Shown: positions 27,303 through 36,941 of the stretch, piece by piece
Layout of the letters: the number at the start of each line of letters is the position of its first letter
Position numbering within the stretch: position 1 is the first letter of the stretch
Notes under the pieces: model-generated
What the model was told of the DNA's origin: nothing
Databases searched by the model: none
The model's input: the letters and a program-made list of their open reading frames with translations, nothing else
NCBI GenBank assembly: GCA_016190145.1
Contig: JACPRD010000003.1
Location: 17,617-81,616, forward strand
Direction of reading: 5' to 3'
Length of the DNA: 64,000 nucleotides
From: Planctomycetota bacterium
GTDB taxonomy: Bacteria > Planctomycetota > MHYJ01 > WSZJ01
Translations under genes and position numbers: made by a program

Positions 27303-28510
27303 TCCAGCCGGAAGACGTGGTCATCCGGAAGAAGTCGGGTGAGCCGGCGTTCTCGAGCGCCGACGACAGCCGCATCGGGCTCCATCTCCGCCGCATGATC
27401 GGCGACGCGCTCGACATGCGCGCGACGGACCTGCACCTCGAGCCCGACGGCGCGCAGGTGCGCGTCCGGGCGCGCGTGGACGGCTTCCTGCGCGACGTGG
27501 CGCACCTCGACGGGGACACGGGCGGGCGGCTCGTGTCGGCCATCAAAGTGCTTTGCGACCTCGACATCGCCGGGCGCAGCCCGATGCAGGACGGATCGTT
27601 CTCCGCATCGGTGAAGGGCAAGCCGATCGAGATGCGCGTCTCCACTCTAGAGGAAATCGGCGGCGAAAAACTCGCACTGCGCATCCTGGAGGCGGAGTCG
27701 GCCGCGCAGGACATGAGCAAGCTGGGCCTGTCGCATCGCTCGGAGAACGAGCTGAAGGCGTTCCTCGCCCGTTCACAGGGCATGCTCGTCGTCAGCGGCC
27801 CGACCGGCAATGGCAAGTCCACGACCCTTCACTCCATGCTCCGGGCCGTCGACCGCAGGCGCCGCAACGTCATCGCCATCGAGGACCCCGTCGAGTCACG
27901 GATCGAGTACGTCACCCACGTCGCCGTCAACGCCCGCGCCGGCACGACCTTCGCCGGCGCGCTCCGGAACGCCCTTCGACAGGACCCCAACGTGCTCATG
28001 ATCGGCGAGATCCGCGACGCCGAGACGGCGTCGATCGCCATCCAGTCCGGCCTGACCGGCCATCTCGTTCTTTCGACCGTCCACGCGCGCGACGCGCTCG
28101 GCACCGTGACCCGCCTCGCCGACCTCGGCGTCGAGCCGCACCTGATCGCCGACGTCCTGAATTTCGCGCTCGCGCAGCGGCTCGTCCGCGTCCTCTGCCC
28201 GCGCTGCCGAAGGCCCGTCCCCGAGCGCGAGTTGCGCGACCATCCGCTTCGCTCGCTCATCAGCGGCACGATCTTCGACGCCGGCCGCTGCCAGGCGTGC
28301 GGCGGCTCCGGCTATCGCGGGCGCGTCGGCGTGTTCGAGCTCGTGAAGATGACGGACCGGCTGAGGCCGCTCATCGCGGGAAGAGCGCCCGAGAGCGAGT
28401 TGCGCAAAGCCGCCGAGGCGGACGGCGCTGTTCCGGTACTTTTCGCGGCCATGGAGCGAGTGAACGAGGGCGTGACGTCGCTCGAAGAAGTGGAGCGGGT
28501 CATCGGGTAA
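27299..28510 (+). CDS. GspE/PulE/PilB-family secretion ATPase (short form, no N-terminal N1E domain)
   Basis: Walker A is GPTGNGKST, Walker B region is NVLMIGEIRD, His box is GHLVLSTVHA. The tetracysteine motif is CPRC...CQACGGSGYRGRVGVFE. The ATG overlaps the upstream stop (ATGA). Confidence 0.9.
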   Translation: MIQPEDVVIRKKSGEPAFSSADDSRIGLHLRRMIGDALDMRATDLHLEPDGAQVRVRARVDGFLRDVAHLDGDTGGRLVSAIKVLCDLDIAGRSPMQDGSFSASVKGKPIEMRVSTLEEIGGEKLALRILEAESAAQDMSKLGLSHRSENELKAFLARSQGMLVVSGPTGNGKSTTLHSMLRAVDRRRRNVIAIEDPVESRIEYVTHVAVNARAGTTFAGALRNALRQDPNVLMIGEIRDAETASIAIQSGLTGHLVLSTVHARDALGTVTRLADLGVEPHLIADVLNFALAQRLVRVLCPRCRRPVPERELRDHPLRSLISGTIFDAGRCQACGGSGYRGRVGVFELVKMTDRLRPLIAGRAPESELRKAAEADGAVPVLFAAMERVNEGVTSLEEVERVIG

Positions 28511-28558
28511 AATCGCCGGCTTGTTCGCGCTCGACTTCGGGCTCTCAGCAGATTTAGA

Positions 28559-29617
28559 GTGGCGGTCATGGGGCGTCAACCCTGGCCGGGCATGAGACGG
28601 GCGCATCTCGCCGTCGCGTTCCTGCTCGCGGCGACCGCGCGGCTGGCCGCGGAGGAGGCGCCGCCGGTCTTCGAGATCGAGATCCGCGACGGGGCGCCGC
28701 GGGTGGGGTCGACTCCGAAGTCGCTGGAACTGGTGACGGGCTGGAAAGTGCGGTGCGCGGTCGAGGTCGCCAACGCGGACCGGTCCGCGCGCAGCCTGAG
28801 GCTCGGCGCGCGCGGGCGCGTTCGGATCGTCGCCGAGCGCGAGGACTTCGAGGTTGATGCGGGCGGGAAGCGGAGGATCGAGATCCTGCTGCAGACGCTC
28901 GGTCCCGACGATCATCGCCTGGAGATCGCCGTCGCGTGCGGAGATCGCGAGGCGCTCGTGTCCGTCCCGGTCGCGGTGACGCTGCACAAGGAGGGCGTCG
29001 TCTTCGGATTGACCGAGCACTTCGAACTCGAGGGCGCGATTGCCTCGGTCCGCGGCGAGGGCCCTTCCCCCAGGCCAGTCCCCGGAAAGGACAAGGACCT
29101 GAGCCACCTGACGGTGGCGCCGGACCGCGCGGCGGGCGAGCGCGTGCTCGCGGACATGCGGGTGATGCAGGAGCTGGGTTTCCCGAGCGGCAAGCTCCCC
29201 GGGCCGGATCCGGAGGCGTGGCGCGCGTTCGACCGCGCCGCCGACCCTTCGGACCTCGCGCGCCTCCTGCAGAAGCACGGCGGCAAGCCGCTCTACTGCA
29301 CGGAATTCGGCGGGTACCGGCTACCCCGCGAGGCGGACGCCGAACAGCAGCGGCGCGCCGCGCTCGCGCTCCTCCGCAACGGATGCCTCCTCGCCCACCA
29401 GGGATTCCGCGGCGTCCACTACTACGAGCTCTTCGACTGGGGCAACTCGCTGACCTGGCTCGTCCGCTCCGCCGACGGCCACCGCTCGCTGGGCTTCGAG
29501 GCCTTCCGACGGCTCGCCTCCGCACTCGCCGGCGCTACCCCCCGCGAGCCCGACCGGATCTCGCGCTTCGGCGCGCGCGCGGAATTCGGGTGGGCGCGGG
29601 AAGCGACGGTTCGCTGA
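28559..29617 (+). CDS. Hypothetical exported protein, ~350 aa
   Basis: It has a signal-like N-terminus (MRRAHLAVAFLLAATARLAA) and a beta-rich N-terminal half. The C-terminal half contains LYCTEFGGY. The start (28559, 28568 or 28592) is uncertain. Confidence 0.7.
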   Translation: MAVMGRQPWPGMRRAHLAVAFLLAATARLAAEEAPPVFEIEIRDGAPRVGSTPKSLELVTGWKVRCAVEVANADRSARSLRLGARGRVRIVAEREDFEVDAGGKRRIEILLQTLGPDDHRLEIAVACGDREALVSVPVAVTLHKEGVVFGLTEHFELEGAIASVRGEGPSPRPVPGKDKDLSHLTVAPDRAAGERVLADMRVMQELGFPSGKLPGPDPEAWRAFDRAADPSDLARLLQKHGGKPLYCTEFGGYRLPREADAEQQRRAALALLRNGCLLAHQGFRGVHYYELFDWGNSLTWLVRSADGHRSLGFEAFRRLASALAGATPREPDRISRFGARAEFGWAREATVR

Positions 29618-29660
29618 TCGAAGGCGTCCACGGCGACACGAATCTGAAACCCTCGGCGGC

Positions 29661-31784
29661 TCAAAACCTCTTCATCTCCACTTGAATCTCCCCGCTCTCC
29701 AGGATCCTGAGCTCCTGCCGATGGTGTCCTTCGCGCATGACGTCGAGCTGCACGCCGCAGCCGCCGCCGAGGGCGAAGCCATTGAAAGAGAAGCGGCCGT
29801 CTTCGCCGGTCTTGATGATGGGCGACTTCAGGCGGCCGGGCAGGAATGAGCCGGATTCACCGGAGCCGAGGCTGAGACCTGCGGGGGCGTCGGCAAAGCC
29901 CAGCCACGCCGTCGCGCCAGCGGAGGTCATGCCGATGGCGGAGACGGAGACATGCGCGCCGGCGAGGGGGCGGCCGTCCTCGCCGACCACGATCCCGCGG
30001 ACTTCGGCGTCGGCGGCGCGGAGGCGGACGTCCAGGCCGCCGGCGGCGATGGAATCCGAAGGGAACACGGCCATCCCGCATCCTTCCTTCCACACGGCGA
30101 TCGGCCCGTCGGAGAAGACGGCGGGGAAATCAAAGCGTCCCAGGTCGTCGGTCGTGGTGGGAAGCGGGTTGAGGGCGCTGCCGTCGGAAACCAGGACGAG
30201 GGCGCCGGGCAGCGGGCTGCCTTCGCGATCCCGGACGGTGCCCCAGACGCGAAGCGAGGGTCTCGGCGTCAACTCGACGACGATTTCCGGCATCCCGGGG
30301 CCGGCGTCGGCGGTCCGGGTCTCCGGCTTGTAGCCCTGCGCGTCGACGTCGAACTGAAGGTCGCCCTCGCTCAGGACGGCGTCGAGGCTGAAGCGTCCCT
30401 CCATGTCGGTGAGAACCGGGTCGGGGCCGTTGAAGTTGGAGCCGGACAGCCCGACGAAGCCGCGGGGTACCGGCACCTGTTGCGAATACCGGACGCGGGC
30501 GCCGGCGACGGCGAAGCCGGCGGTATTGACGACGCGCCCGCGGATAGGGAGTCCCAGGACGATTTCGAGGTCGCGGATGCACTCGAGTCCGCCGGCGAGC
30601 TCGATGCGGTTCTCCGTGAACTCCACCGAATCCGCATCGGCTTGTGGACCTCTGGCTCTGCGGTTGGCCACCCACCTTTCCGTCGCAAAGGGGACGTAGC
30701 CGGGAGCCATTGTCGTGACGATCCAGGTGCCGGCCGCCGCCGGCACGCTGAAGTTCCCGGCAGCGTCCGTGCGCGTTTCGACAGCGTCGGCCTTTTCCGG
30801 AATGGGCTCGTGGCTGAACGGGGTCAGACGAACGACGGCGTCCGGGACGGCGTGGCGCGAATCGCGGTCGAGCACCCTTCCCTTGAAAGTGGCCTGCATG
30901 GAAATTGGAGCGTGTTCTTCCCGCGCGCCCGATGCGTCGTTTCCCGGAGCCGCCGGCAATGTCGCGGCGTCCTCCGATGCCGCGAGCCGCGACAAGGGGC
31001 CACCCGCGCCGGAGACCTCTTCGCCCCCCGGCTCTCCGCGGCGGACGCGCAGCCTCCACGCCACGAACAACGTCAGCACCAGCGCTGCCATCACGCCCGC
31101 CGCCAGCCTCCGCGCGCGCGGTCCCGCCGCGACCGGGACCGGACCCGCGAGCGGCGTCTCCCTCGCAATCCGCTTCACCTCGCGCATCACCCGGTCGGGC
31201 GCGGGGTCCGCCGCCGCCGCCGAAAGCTCCGTCTCCAGTGCCGCGAGCGCCAGCGCCACGCCGGCTCCCGCGAGCGCCCGCTTCAGCCGCTCGTGAGCCG
31301 CATTCAGCCGCCACGCGACCGTCCCCTCGGGCACCCGCATCGCCGCCGCGATCTCGCCGTACGACAGTGCGTGCTCGTATCTCAGCCGCACCGTCCGCCG
31401 CAGGTCTTCGTCCAGCCCCTCCACGGCGCGCTTCACCCGTACCGTCCTCTCTTCACGCTCCATCATCGCCATCGGCGTCGGGCCTCCCTCGAATTCCATG
31501 GAAGCGGCGGGCGGGAGCGCAACGGCGGCGCGGCGGACATGCCGTGCCTTGTCGAGCGCGATGCGGTAGAGCCAACCTGCGAACGCGGCGGGTTCCCGGA
31601 GGGATCGAATGGAAGAGACCATTTCGCGGAACGTCTCCTGCGTCGCGTCCTCCGCGTCGGCCTCGTGCGCGAGTTCGGACCGGAGCAGGCGCCAGACGTC
31701 GCCATACACCGCGACCGCCAGCGTTTCCAGCGCTTCCCGATCCCCGGCTCGTGCCTTCCCGACCAGATCCTGGCTGACCTGCAT
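29661..31784 (-). CDS. ECF-type sigma factor fused to a TM helix and CarboxypepD_reg-like repeats (paralog of 19308..22589)
   Basis: Region 2 is AEDATQETFREMV...FAGWLYRIALDKA. Region 4 is LDEDLRRTVRLRYEHALSYGEIAAAMRVPEGTVAWRLNAAHERLK. The TM is LAAGVMAALVLTLFVAW. Repeats are GRVLDRDSRHAVPDAVVRL, GRVVNTAGFAVAGARVRY, GTVRDREGSPLPGALVLV and GIVVGEDGRPLAGAHVSV. I trimmed the start to MQVSQ. Confidence 0.85.
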   Translation of the reverse strand: MQVSQDLVGKARAGDREALETLAVAVYGDVWRLLRSELAHEADAEDATQETFREMVSSIRSLREPAAFAGWLYRIALDKARHVRRAAVALPPAASMEFEGGPTPMAMMEREERTVRVKRAVEGLDEDLRRTVRLRYEHALSYGEIAAAMRVPEGTVAWRLNAAHERLKRALAGAGVALALAALETELSAAAADPAPDRVMREVKRIARETPLAGPVPVAAGPRARRLAAGVMAALVLTLFVAWRLRVRRGEPGGEEVSGAGGPLSRLAASEDAATLPAAPGNDASGAREEHAPISMQATFKGRVLDRDSRHAVPDAVVRLTPFSHEPIPEKADAVETRTDAAGNFSVPAAAGTWIVTTMAPGYVPFATERWVANRRARGPQADADSVEFTENRIELAGGLECIRDLEIVLGLPIRGRVVNTAGFAVAGARVRYSQQVPVPRGFVGLSGSNFNGPDPVLTDMEGRFSLDAVLSEGDLQFDVDAQGYKPETRTADAGPGMPEIVVELTPRPSLRVWGTVRDREGSPLPGALVLVSDGSALNPLPTTTDDLGRFDFPAVFSDGPIAVWKEGCGMAVFPSDSIAAGGLDVRLRAADAEVRGIVVGEDGRPLAGAHVSVSAIGMTSAGATAWLGFADAPAGLSLGSGESGSFLPGRLKSPIIKTGEDGRFSFNGFALGGGCGVQLDVMREGHHRQELRILESGEIQVEMKRF

Positions 31785-31976
31785 CGTCCACCTCCCGATG
31801 TCCCGCCACCACAAGAATAGAGAAGGGAGCCCGGGATTCCTTTGCGGAATTTGCCAGGTTCTTCAGATCGTCACAAAACGCAGAGGCAATGCGACTTGCG
31901 TCACGATCAGGACCTCCCGCGGCACGCTTCCATGCGAGGCGGCTTCAGCCGGCTCTCAGGTAGACTGAGCCTTCAG

Positions 31977-34900
31977 ATGAGCTTCGACCCGCAGGCGTTG
32001 TCCCGGCGCGATCGCGCCTTCGTCGAGCTCGCGCGCGCGCGCGGGTGGGTTTCGGACCAGGCGCTGGATGAGATTTCGTCCGAAGTCGCCGGCGACCTGG
32101 CGGAGGCCCTTCAGGCAGCGGGCCTTCTGACCGTGGAGCAGACGGTGTCCCTGTGGGAGGCGGTGGACGGGGTTCCCGGGGGTTCGATGCCGCGCGTGCC
32201 GGCGCCCGGGGTCAGGGAGGGCGAGGGGTTCGGGACGTACCGGCTGGTGAAGGAACTGGGACGCGGGGGAATGGGGGCGGTTTACCGCGCGGTGCACGGG
32301 GAGACGGGGCGGGAGGTGGCGCTCAAGGTGATGCTGCAGCCGGCGGCGGAGAGCGCGCCGGAGGCGGAGCGCTTCCGGCGCGAATCGGAGCTCGTCGCGC
32401 GGCTCGGCGGGCATCCGCACCTCGTCGCGATACACGAAGTCGGTGTGGTCGCGGATCGACTGTACTTCACGATGGACTATGTGGAAGGGCGCTCGGTGAA
32501 GCAGCGGATCGCGGAGGAGGGGCCTCTTCCGGGCCGCGAGGCCGCGCGGATCTGCGCGGAGATTGCGGGGGCGCTGGATTTCGTGCACCGGGCGGGTGTG
32601 GTGCACCGTGACGTGAAGCCGCACAACATGCTGCTGGACGCGGCGGGGAAGGCGTACCTGACGGACTTCGGCCTCGCGAAGGACATCGTGGGGCCGGGGG
32701 GGCTCACGGTGAGCGGGACGGCGCTGGGGACGCCGGCGTACATGAGTCCGGAGGTGGCGGCGCACGGGGGGCGGCGTGCGCAGCCGGCGTCCGACGTGTA
32801 CTCGCTGGGGGCGTCGCTGTACGAGATGCTGACGGGGCGGTTCCCGTTCGCGGGGGCGACGGGGATGGAGCTGGTGAAGCTGGTGGTGGAGGCGGAGCCG
32901 CCGCCACCGCGGGCGATGCGCACGGGGATCCATCCCGATCTCGAGGTGATCTGCCTCCGGGCGATGCACCGGGACCCGGCGCGCCGCTACGGATCGGCGG
33001 GAGGCATGGAAGCGGACCTGCGGCGGTGGCTGGGGGGCGAGTCCATTCACGCGCGGCCGGTGGGTTCGCTCGAGCGGATGGCGACGCGGGCGCGGCGGCA
33101 CCGCGCGGCGGTTGCGGCGGCGGCGGCTTCGGCCCTCGCGCTGCTCGCGATCGCTGCCTGGTCGGGGCGGGAGTGGTGGACCCGCGAGCAGGCGCGGCGC
33201 GCGGCGGACGAGGACCGCGCGGACCGGATCCGGCGCGTGACCCCGCTCGCCCAGGAGGGAGCCCTTCTCATCCGGCAGGCCGACGCCGCGGAGGCGAACG
33301 GGCGGCCGGCGGAGCGGAACGCCCTCGCGGAGCGCGCCGTGGCGGCGCTGCGCGCGGCCGTGGAAGTCCAGCCCGCGAACGCCGACCTGTGGTTCGACCT
33401 CGGCCGGGCGTGCCGCCGGGCCCGGCAGGCGCCGGAAGCGCTGGCGGCGCTCGAGGAGGCCGTCCGCCTCAACCCCGGGCACTCCCTCGCGTGGTTCGAA
33501 CACGGGCTGATCGCGCAGGACGAGTTCCTCCGGCTCCGCGGGACGGTGTTCCGGAACGTGTGGCTGACGCGCCCCAACGTCGTCGGGTATCGCGTCACGA
33601 AGGAACCGACCTTTCACGTGGTCCGCGCCGGCGGGACCGGCGACACCGACACTCAGTGGCGGCAGGTCGCGGCGCGCGACTTCGGTCGCGTCCTCGCGAC
33701 GGGCGCCGTCGCGGAGCGCGCCGCCTACGGGAAGGCAATGGGGCTCTACTTCGAGGAGAAGCACGAGGAGGCGCTGGCCGAGCTGGACCGCGCATTCGCG
33801 CTCAACCCGTATTTCGTCCCGGTTCTCCGCGCGCAGGCCGAGATCCGCGAGTGGCGCTCGAGCGACGCCCGCCAGGGGCTCCCCTGGCGCCGGCGCTACT
33901 ACGAACTGCAGCCCCGGAATCCCGAGGCCGCGCTCGACTATGCCCTGTCGCTCGCCGTCCTCGGGGAGCGCGCCGAAGCCGCCCGAGTCGTCACGGAGAT
34001 CATGGAAGGGCGCGAGGAACTCGAACTCCTCGTGCGCGCCGGCTGGATCCTCCTGTCCGCCAACCAGGTCGCCGCGGCCGGGGACTTCACCCGCCGCGCG
34101 ACGGCCGCCGCACGCTCCGATCCCGAGAAACTCTACGCAGTCAACTTCACGTGGCTCTTCCTCCTCCAGGTCCGCCGACACGACGAAGCGCTCGCCCTCG
34201 TGGACGCCCACGCCGCCCTGCTCGGCCCGGAGAACGCCGCCGCGATGCGCGGGGAGACCTTCTCCGAGGGCGGCCGCCACGCCGACGCCGCGCGCGAGTA
34301 CCGCCGGCTCCCGCCCCGCTCCGCGCTCTGGTCCGCGCACGCTTCCGACATCGCCTGGGCGGAGTGGATGTGCGGCAACACCGCCCGCGCGCTCGAGGCC
34401 GCGGACGCCGCCGTCGCCCACAGCGCCGCCGGGAACGCCCACACCCACCGCGGGATCGCCCGCCTCGAAAGCGGCCTCTACGCCGGAGCCCTGGAGGACT
34501 TCGAGGCCGCCCGCAAGGCCGATCCCTCCAACCCCAATTCCTACAGCAACACCGCCGCGACCCTCTTCATGCTCGACCGCTACGCCGAGGCCATGGAATT
34601 CCTCGAGCTCGGCTTCCTGCGGTCCCCCGTGCCGGAGGGGGTGAAGGAGCAGGTGAAGAAGTCCTTCGTGGGGCTCAAGAAGCGCGCGCGGGAGGCGGGG
34701 TCCGCGCTCGAGGCGGGGGACTGCGCGGAGAGCATCGTGGCGATGCTGCAGCTCGCGATCATGCAGGCCGGCGTGGACGCCGACTCGACAGCGGCGGCGC
34801 GCGAGGGACTGCGCGTGATGCTCTGGGCGCTTCAGGAGTTCTACTTCCGCAAGGACCTGCTCAAGCGCTCCGCAGGGGCGGGAGAGCGGCACCTGCGGAT

Positions 34901-35096
34901 CCGCCGCTGCGGAAACGTGCTGTACAAGCAGGCGAGGGCGCTGGCGGCGCAGGGGAAGAAGGAGGAAGCGCTGGCGGAGCTGGAGGCGGCGCTGGAGGAG
35001 GGATTCGAGGACCGCGGGCGGCTCGACGGGGAGAAAGTGTTTGACGCACTGCGTCAAGAACCGCGGTTCGCCGCCGTGCGCGAGAAGTGCCGGTGA
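31977..35096 (+). CDS. Ser/Thr protein kinase with TM helix and large TPR/helical-repeat C-terminal region
   Basis: Kinase motifs: GRGGMGAVY, VALKV, HRDVKPHNM, DFGLA, GTPAYMSPE. The TM is AAVAAAAASALALLAIAAW. TPR-like repeats follow (ADLWFDLGRACRRARQAPEALAALEEAVRLNPGH...). I trimmed the start to MSFDPQ. Confidence 0.9.
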   Translation: MSFDPQALSRRDRAFVELARARGWVSDQALDEISSEVAGDLAEALQAAGLLTVEQTVSLWEAVDGVPGGSMPRVPAPGVREGEGFGTYRLVKELGRGGMGAVYRAVHGETGREVALKVMLQPAAESAPEAERFRRESELVARLGGHPHLVAIHEVGVVADRLYFTMDYVEGRSVKQRIAEEGPLPGREAARICAEIAGALDFVHRAGVVHRDVKPHNMLLDAAGKAYLTDFGLAKDIVGPGGLTVSGTALGTPAYMSPEVAAHGGRRAQPASDVYSLGASLYEMLTGRFPFAGATGMELVKLVVEAEPPPPRAMRTGIHPDLEVICLRAMHRDPARRYGSAGGMEADLRRWLGGESIHARPVGSLERMATRARRHRAAVAAAAASALALLAIAAWSGREWWTREQARRAADEDRADRIRRVTPLAQEGALLIRQADAAEANGRPAERNALAERAVAALRAAVEVQPANADLWFDLGRACRRARQAPEALAALEEAVRLNPGHSLAWFEHGLIAQDEFLRLRGTVFRNVWLTRPNVVGYRVTKEPTFHVVRAGGTGDTDTQWRQVAARDFGRVLATGAVAERAAYGKAMGLYFEEKHEEALAELDRAFALNPYFVPVLRAQAEIREWRSSDARQGLPWRRRYYELQPRNPEAALDYALSLAVLGERAEAARVVTEIMEGREELELLVRAGWILLSANQVAAAGDFTRRATAAARSDPEKLYAVNFTWLFLLQVRRHDEALALVDAHAALLGPENAAAMRGETFSEGGRHADAAREYRRLPPRSALWSAHASDIAWAEWMCGNTARALEAADAAVAHSAAGNAHTHRGIARLESGLYAGALEDFEAARKADPSNPNSYSNTAATLFMLDRYAEAMEFLELGFLRSPVPEGVKEQVKKSFVGLKKRAREAGSALEAGDCAESIVAMLQLAIMQAGVDADSTAAAREGLRVMLWALQEFYFRKDLLKRSAGAGERHLRIRRCGNVLYKQARALAAQGKKEEALAELEAALEEGFEDRGRLDGEKVFDALRQEPRFAAVREKCR

Positions 35097-35174
35097 ACCT
35101 CGATGACTTCTCCCGGATCGAATGGGAGCCCGGCACGCTATCCTTCCTGTCGGCCGCTTCTTCGGAGAGATCCC

Positions 35175-35819
35175 GTGTTGCGCGCGCTCGCCCTCCTCGC
35201 CCTCGCAGTCCCCGCTTCCGCCGAACCCGCCCAGCGCCTTCTCGAAAAAGTTCCCGACGGCATCGAATTCTCCGCCTTCGAGTGCTTCTTCAGTTCTGAC
35301 GGCGCGCACTACGCCTACCGCGGGAAACAGGGCGGGAAAGCGCAACTGTTCTTCGACGGGAAGAGCACGGGGCAGGAGACCGGCGGCCTTTCAGTGCAGT
35401 TCAGCGACGGCGGGCGGTTCGCGTTCGCCGCCGCGCTGGGCGAGAAGATGTTTACGGTGGTGGACGGGAAGAAAGGCGAGCGATTCGACGCGGTCGGGGC
35501 GGGCGACCTCGTCTTCAGCCCGGACGGAAAGAGGTTCGCGTACCAGGGGATCCGCGGAGAGAAATGCGCGGTCATCGTGGACGGGAAAAAGGACCGGGAT
35601 TTCGAGAGCGTGCAATGCTTCGTCTTCAGTGTGGACGGAAGGCACATCGCCTATGTCGCGCTTGCGGGCGGAAAGTACTGCATCGTGCTCGATGGAAAGA
35701 AAGGGGAGGATTTCGACGTGGTCGGGGTGCCCGTGTTCACGGCGGACGGGAAGGCGGTGATGTTCGGGGCGGTGAAGGGGAAGGAGATCTGGTGGAAAGT
35801 GGTGACCGTGGGGAAGTAG
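35175..35819 (+). CDS. Exported repeat protein (~37-aa units: FS.DG...AY.....GK...V.DGKKG..FD.V)
   Basis: It has a signal peptide (LRALALLALAVPASA) after a GTG at 35175. At least 4 tandem repeats are visible by eye. Confidence 0.7.
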   Translation: MLRALALLALAVPASAEPAQRLLEKVPDGIEFSAFECFFSSDGAHYAYRGKQGGKAQLFFDGKSTGQETGGLSVQFSDGGRFAFAAALGEKMFTVVDGKKGERFDAVGAGDLVFSPDGKRFAYQGIRGEKCAVIVDGKKDRDFESVQCFVFSVDGRHIAYVALAGGKYCIVLDGKKGEDFDVVGVPVFTADGKAVMFGAVKGKEIWWKVVTVGK

Positions 35820-35939
35820 GCGAACGATCGGAGGAACGAGGGGGGGGTCGGGTCTGAAGCCCTTTCCGCAGATTCTCTGAACCTCCGCCTTTCCGGCCCG
35901 TTGGGATTCCCGGGGGACGTGCCCTGCCGGAGATACCTT

Positions 35940-36779
35940 ATGCCTCCTTTCGTGCGAACGGCCGCCGCCTTCCTCTTCGCCGCTTCCGCCATCGCCGACG
36001 ACGGAACCCGGCTGGAGTGGAAACTCAACGCCGGGGACGTCTTCGAAGTCACCTTGAAGACCACCGAGCATACCGGGCGGTCGGTGCGGATGCGGGACGC
36101 CGTGGAGAAGGACCTCGTCATCGAACCGGAGAAGTACGCGACGACGATCGCCCGAATGCGCCTGACGGTCCGCGGGGCGCACTCGGACGCGTCCGGCGAT
36201 GTCAATGCCGACATCCACCTCCTTCACTTCGAAATCCGCCCGCCCGCCGGCTCGGCCGACAAGCCGATCGTCTACGAAGAAGCCGAGATGAAAGACCTCG
36301 ACGACACGGCGGTCTTCATCAAAGGCGGTCCGATCCTCTTCGGGTACGGGGGATACAAGAAGGGTCCGAACGAGGTCTGGGCCTGGGCGTCGCGCCTTCC
36401 TGTCGAACTGGTGCCGGCCCTTCCCGAGGGCCCCGTAAAAGAGGGATCCTCCTGGGTGGCGTCGGCGCGGACAGAGATGGTGTACGGAAAGGAGCGGTTC
36501 GTGCTGGCGAAGCACGGCGCGACCGGGCAGACGTCGGCTTCGGCCATCACGGGCGCGAAACCCTCCCCTTATGATGCCGGCGCGGTCGGGCCGGGAAGGG
36601 AGTTCCTCAACCGGTTCGAGTATCGCCGGACGGCCGAATTCGATCCGGCGGCCGGGCACCTGAGATTCTGCGAAGTCGAGGAGCGCCGCGTGGCCCGGGT
36701 CGAAAAGTCCGACCTCGGGACGTTCGTCCACGCGTATTACTTCAAGAGCCGGCTTGAAGTCTCCCGCGCCGGAAAGTGA
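35940..36779 (+). CDS. Hypothetical exported protein, 279 aa
   Basis: It has a signal peptide (MPPFVRTAAAFLFAASAIA). The N-terminal motif is RLEWKLNAGDVFEVTL. I recognise no family. Confidence 0.7.
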   Translation: MPPFVRTAAAFLFAASAIADDGTRLEWKLNAGDVFEVTLKTTEHTGRSVRMRDAVEKDLVIEPEKYATTIARMRLTVRGAHSDASGDVNADIHLLHFEIRPPAGSADKPIVYEEAEMKDLDDTAVFIKGGPILFGYGGYKKGPNEVWAWASRLPVELVPALPEGPVKEGSSWVASARTEMVYGKERFVLAKHGATGQTSASAITGAKPSPYDAGAVGPGREFLNRFEYRRTAEFDPAAGHLRFCEVEERRVARVEKSDLGTFVHAYYFKSRLEVSRAGK

Positions 36780-36941
36780 CACGGGTCCGCCGCCGCGGTC
36801 GATCTTCAGTTCCTGCCAGACGCCGGTGTCTTAAAACGAGATTGTAGCCGCGAAATCGGGAGATTCTCTCTCTCCCGTACTCCCACCTGTCTGAGGGACG
36901 CAGCGGCAGGTTGAAACCTCGAAGTTCGCTCTCGTCGCCGT

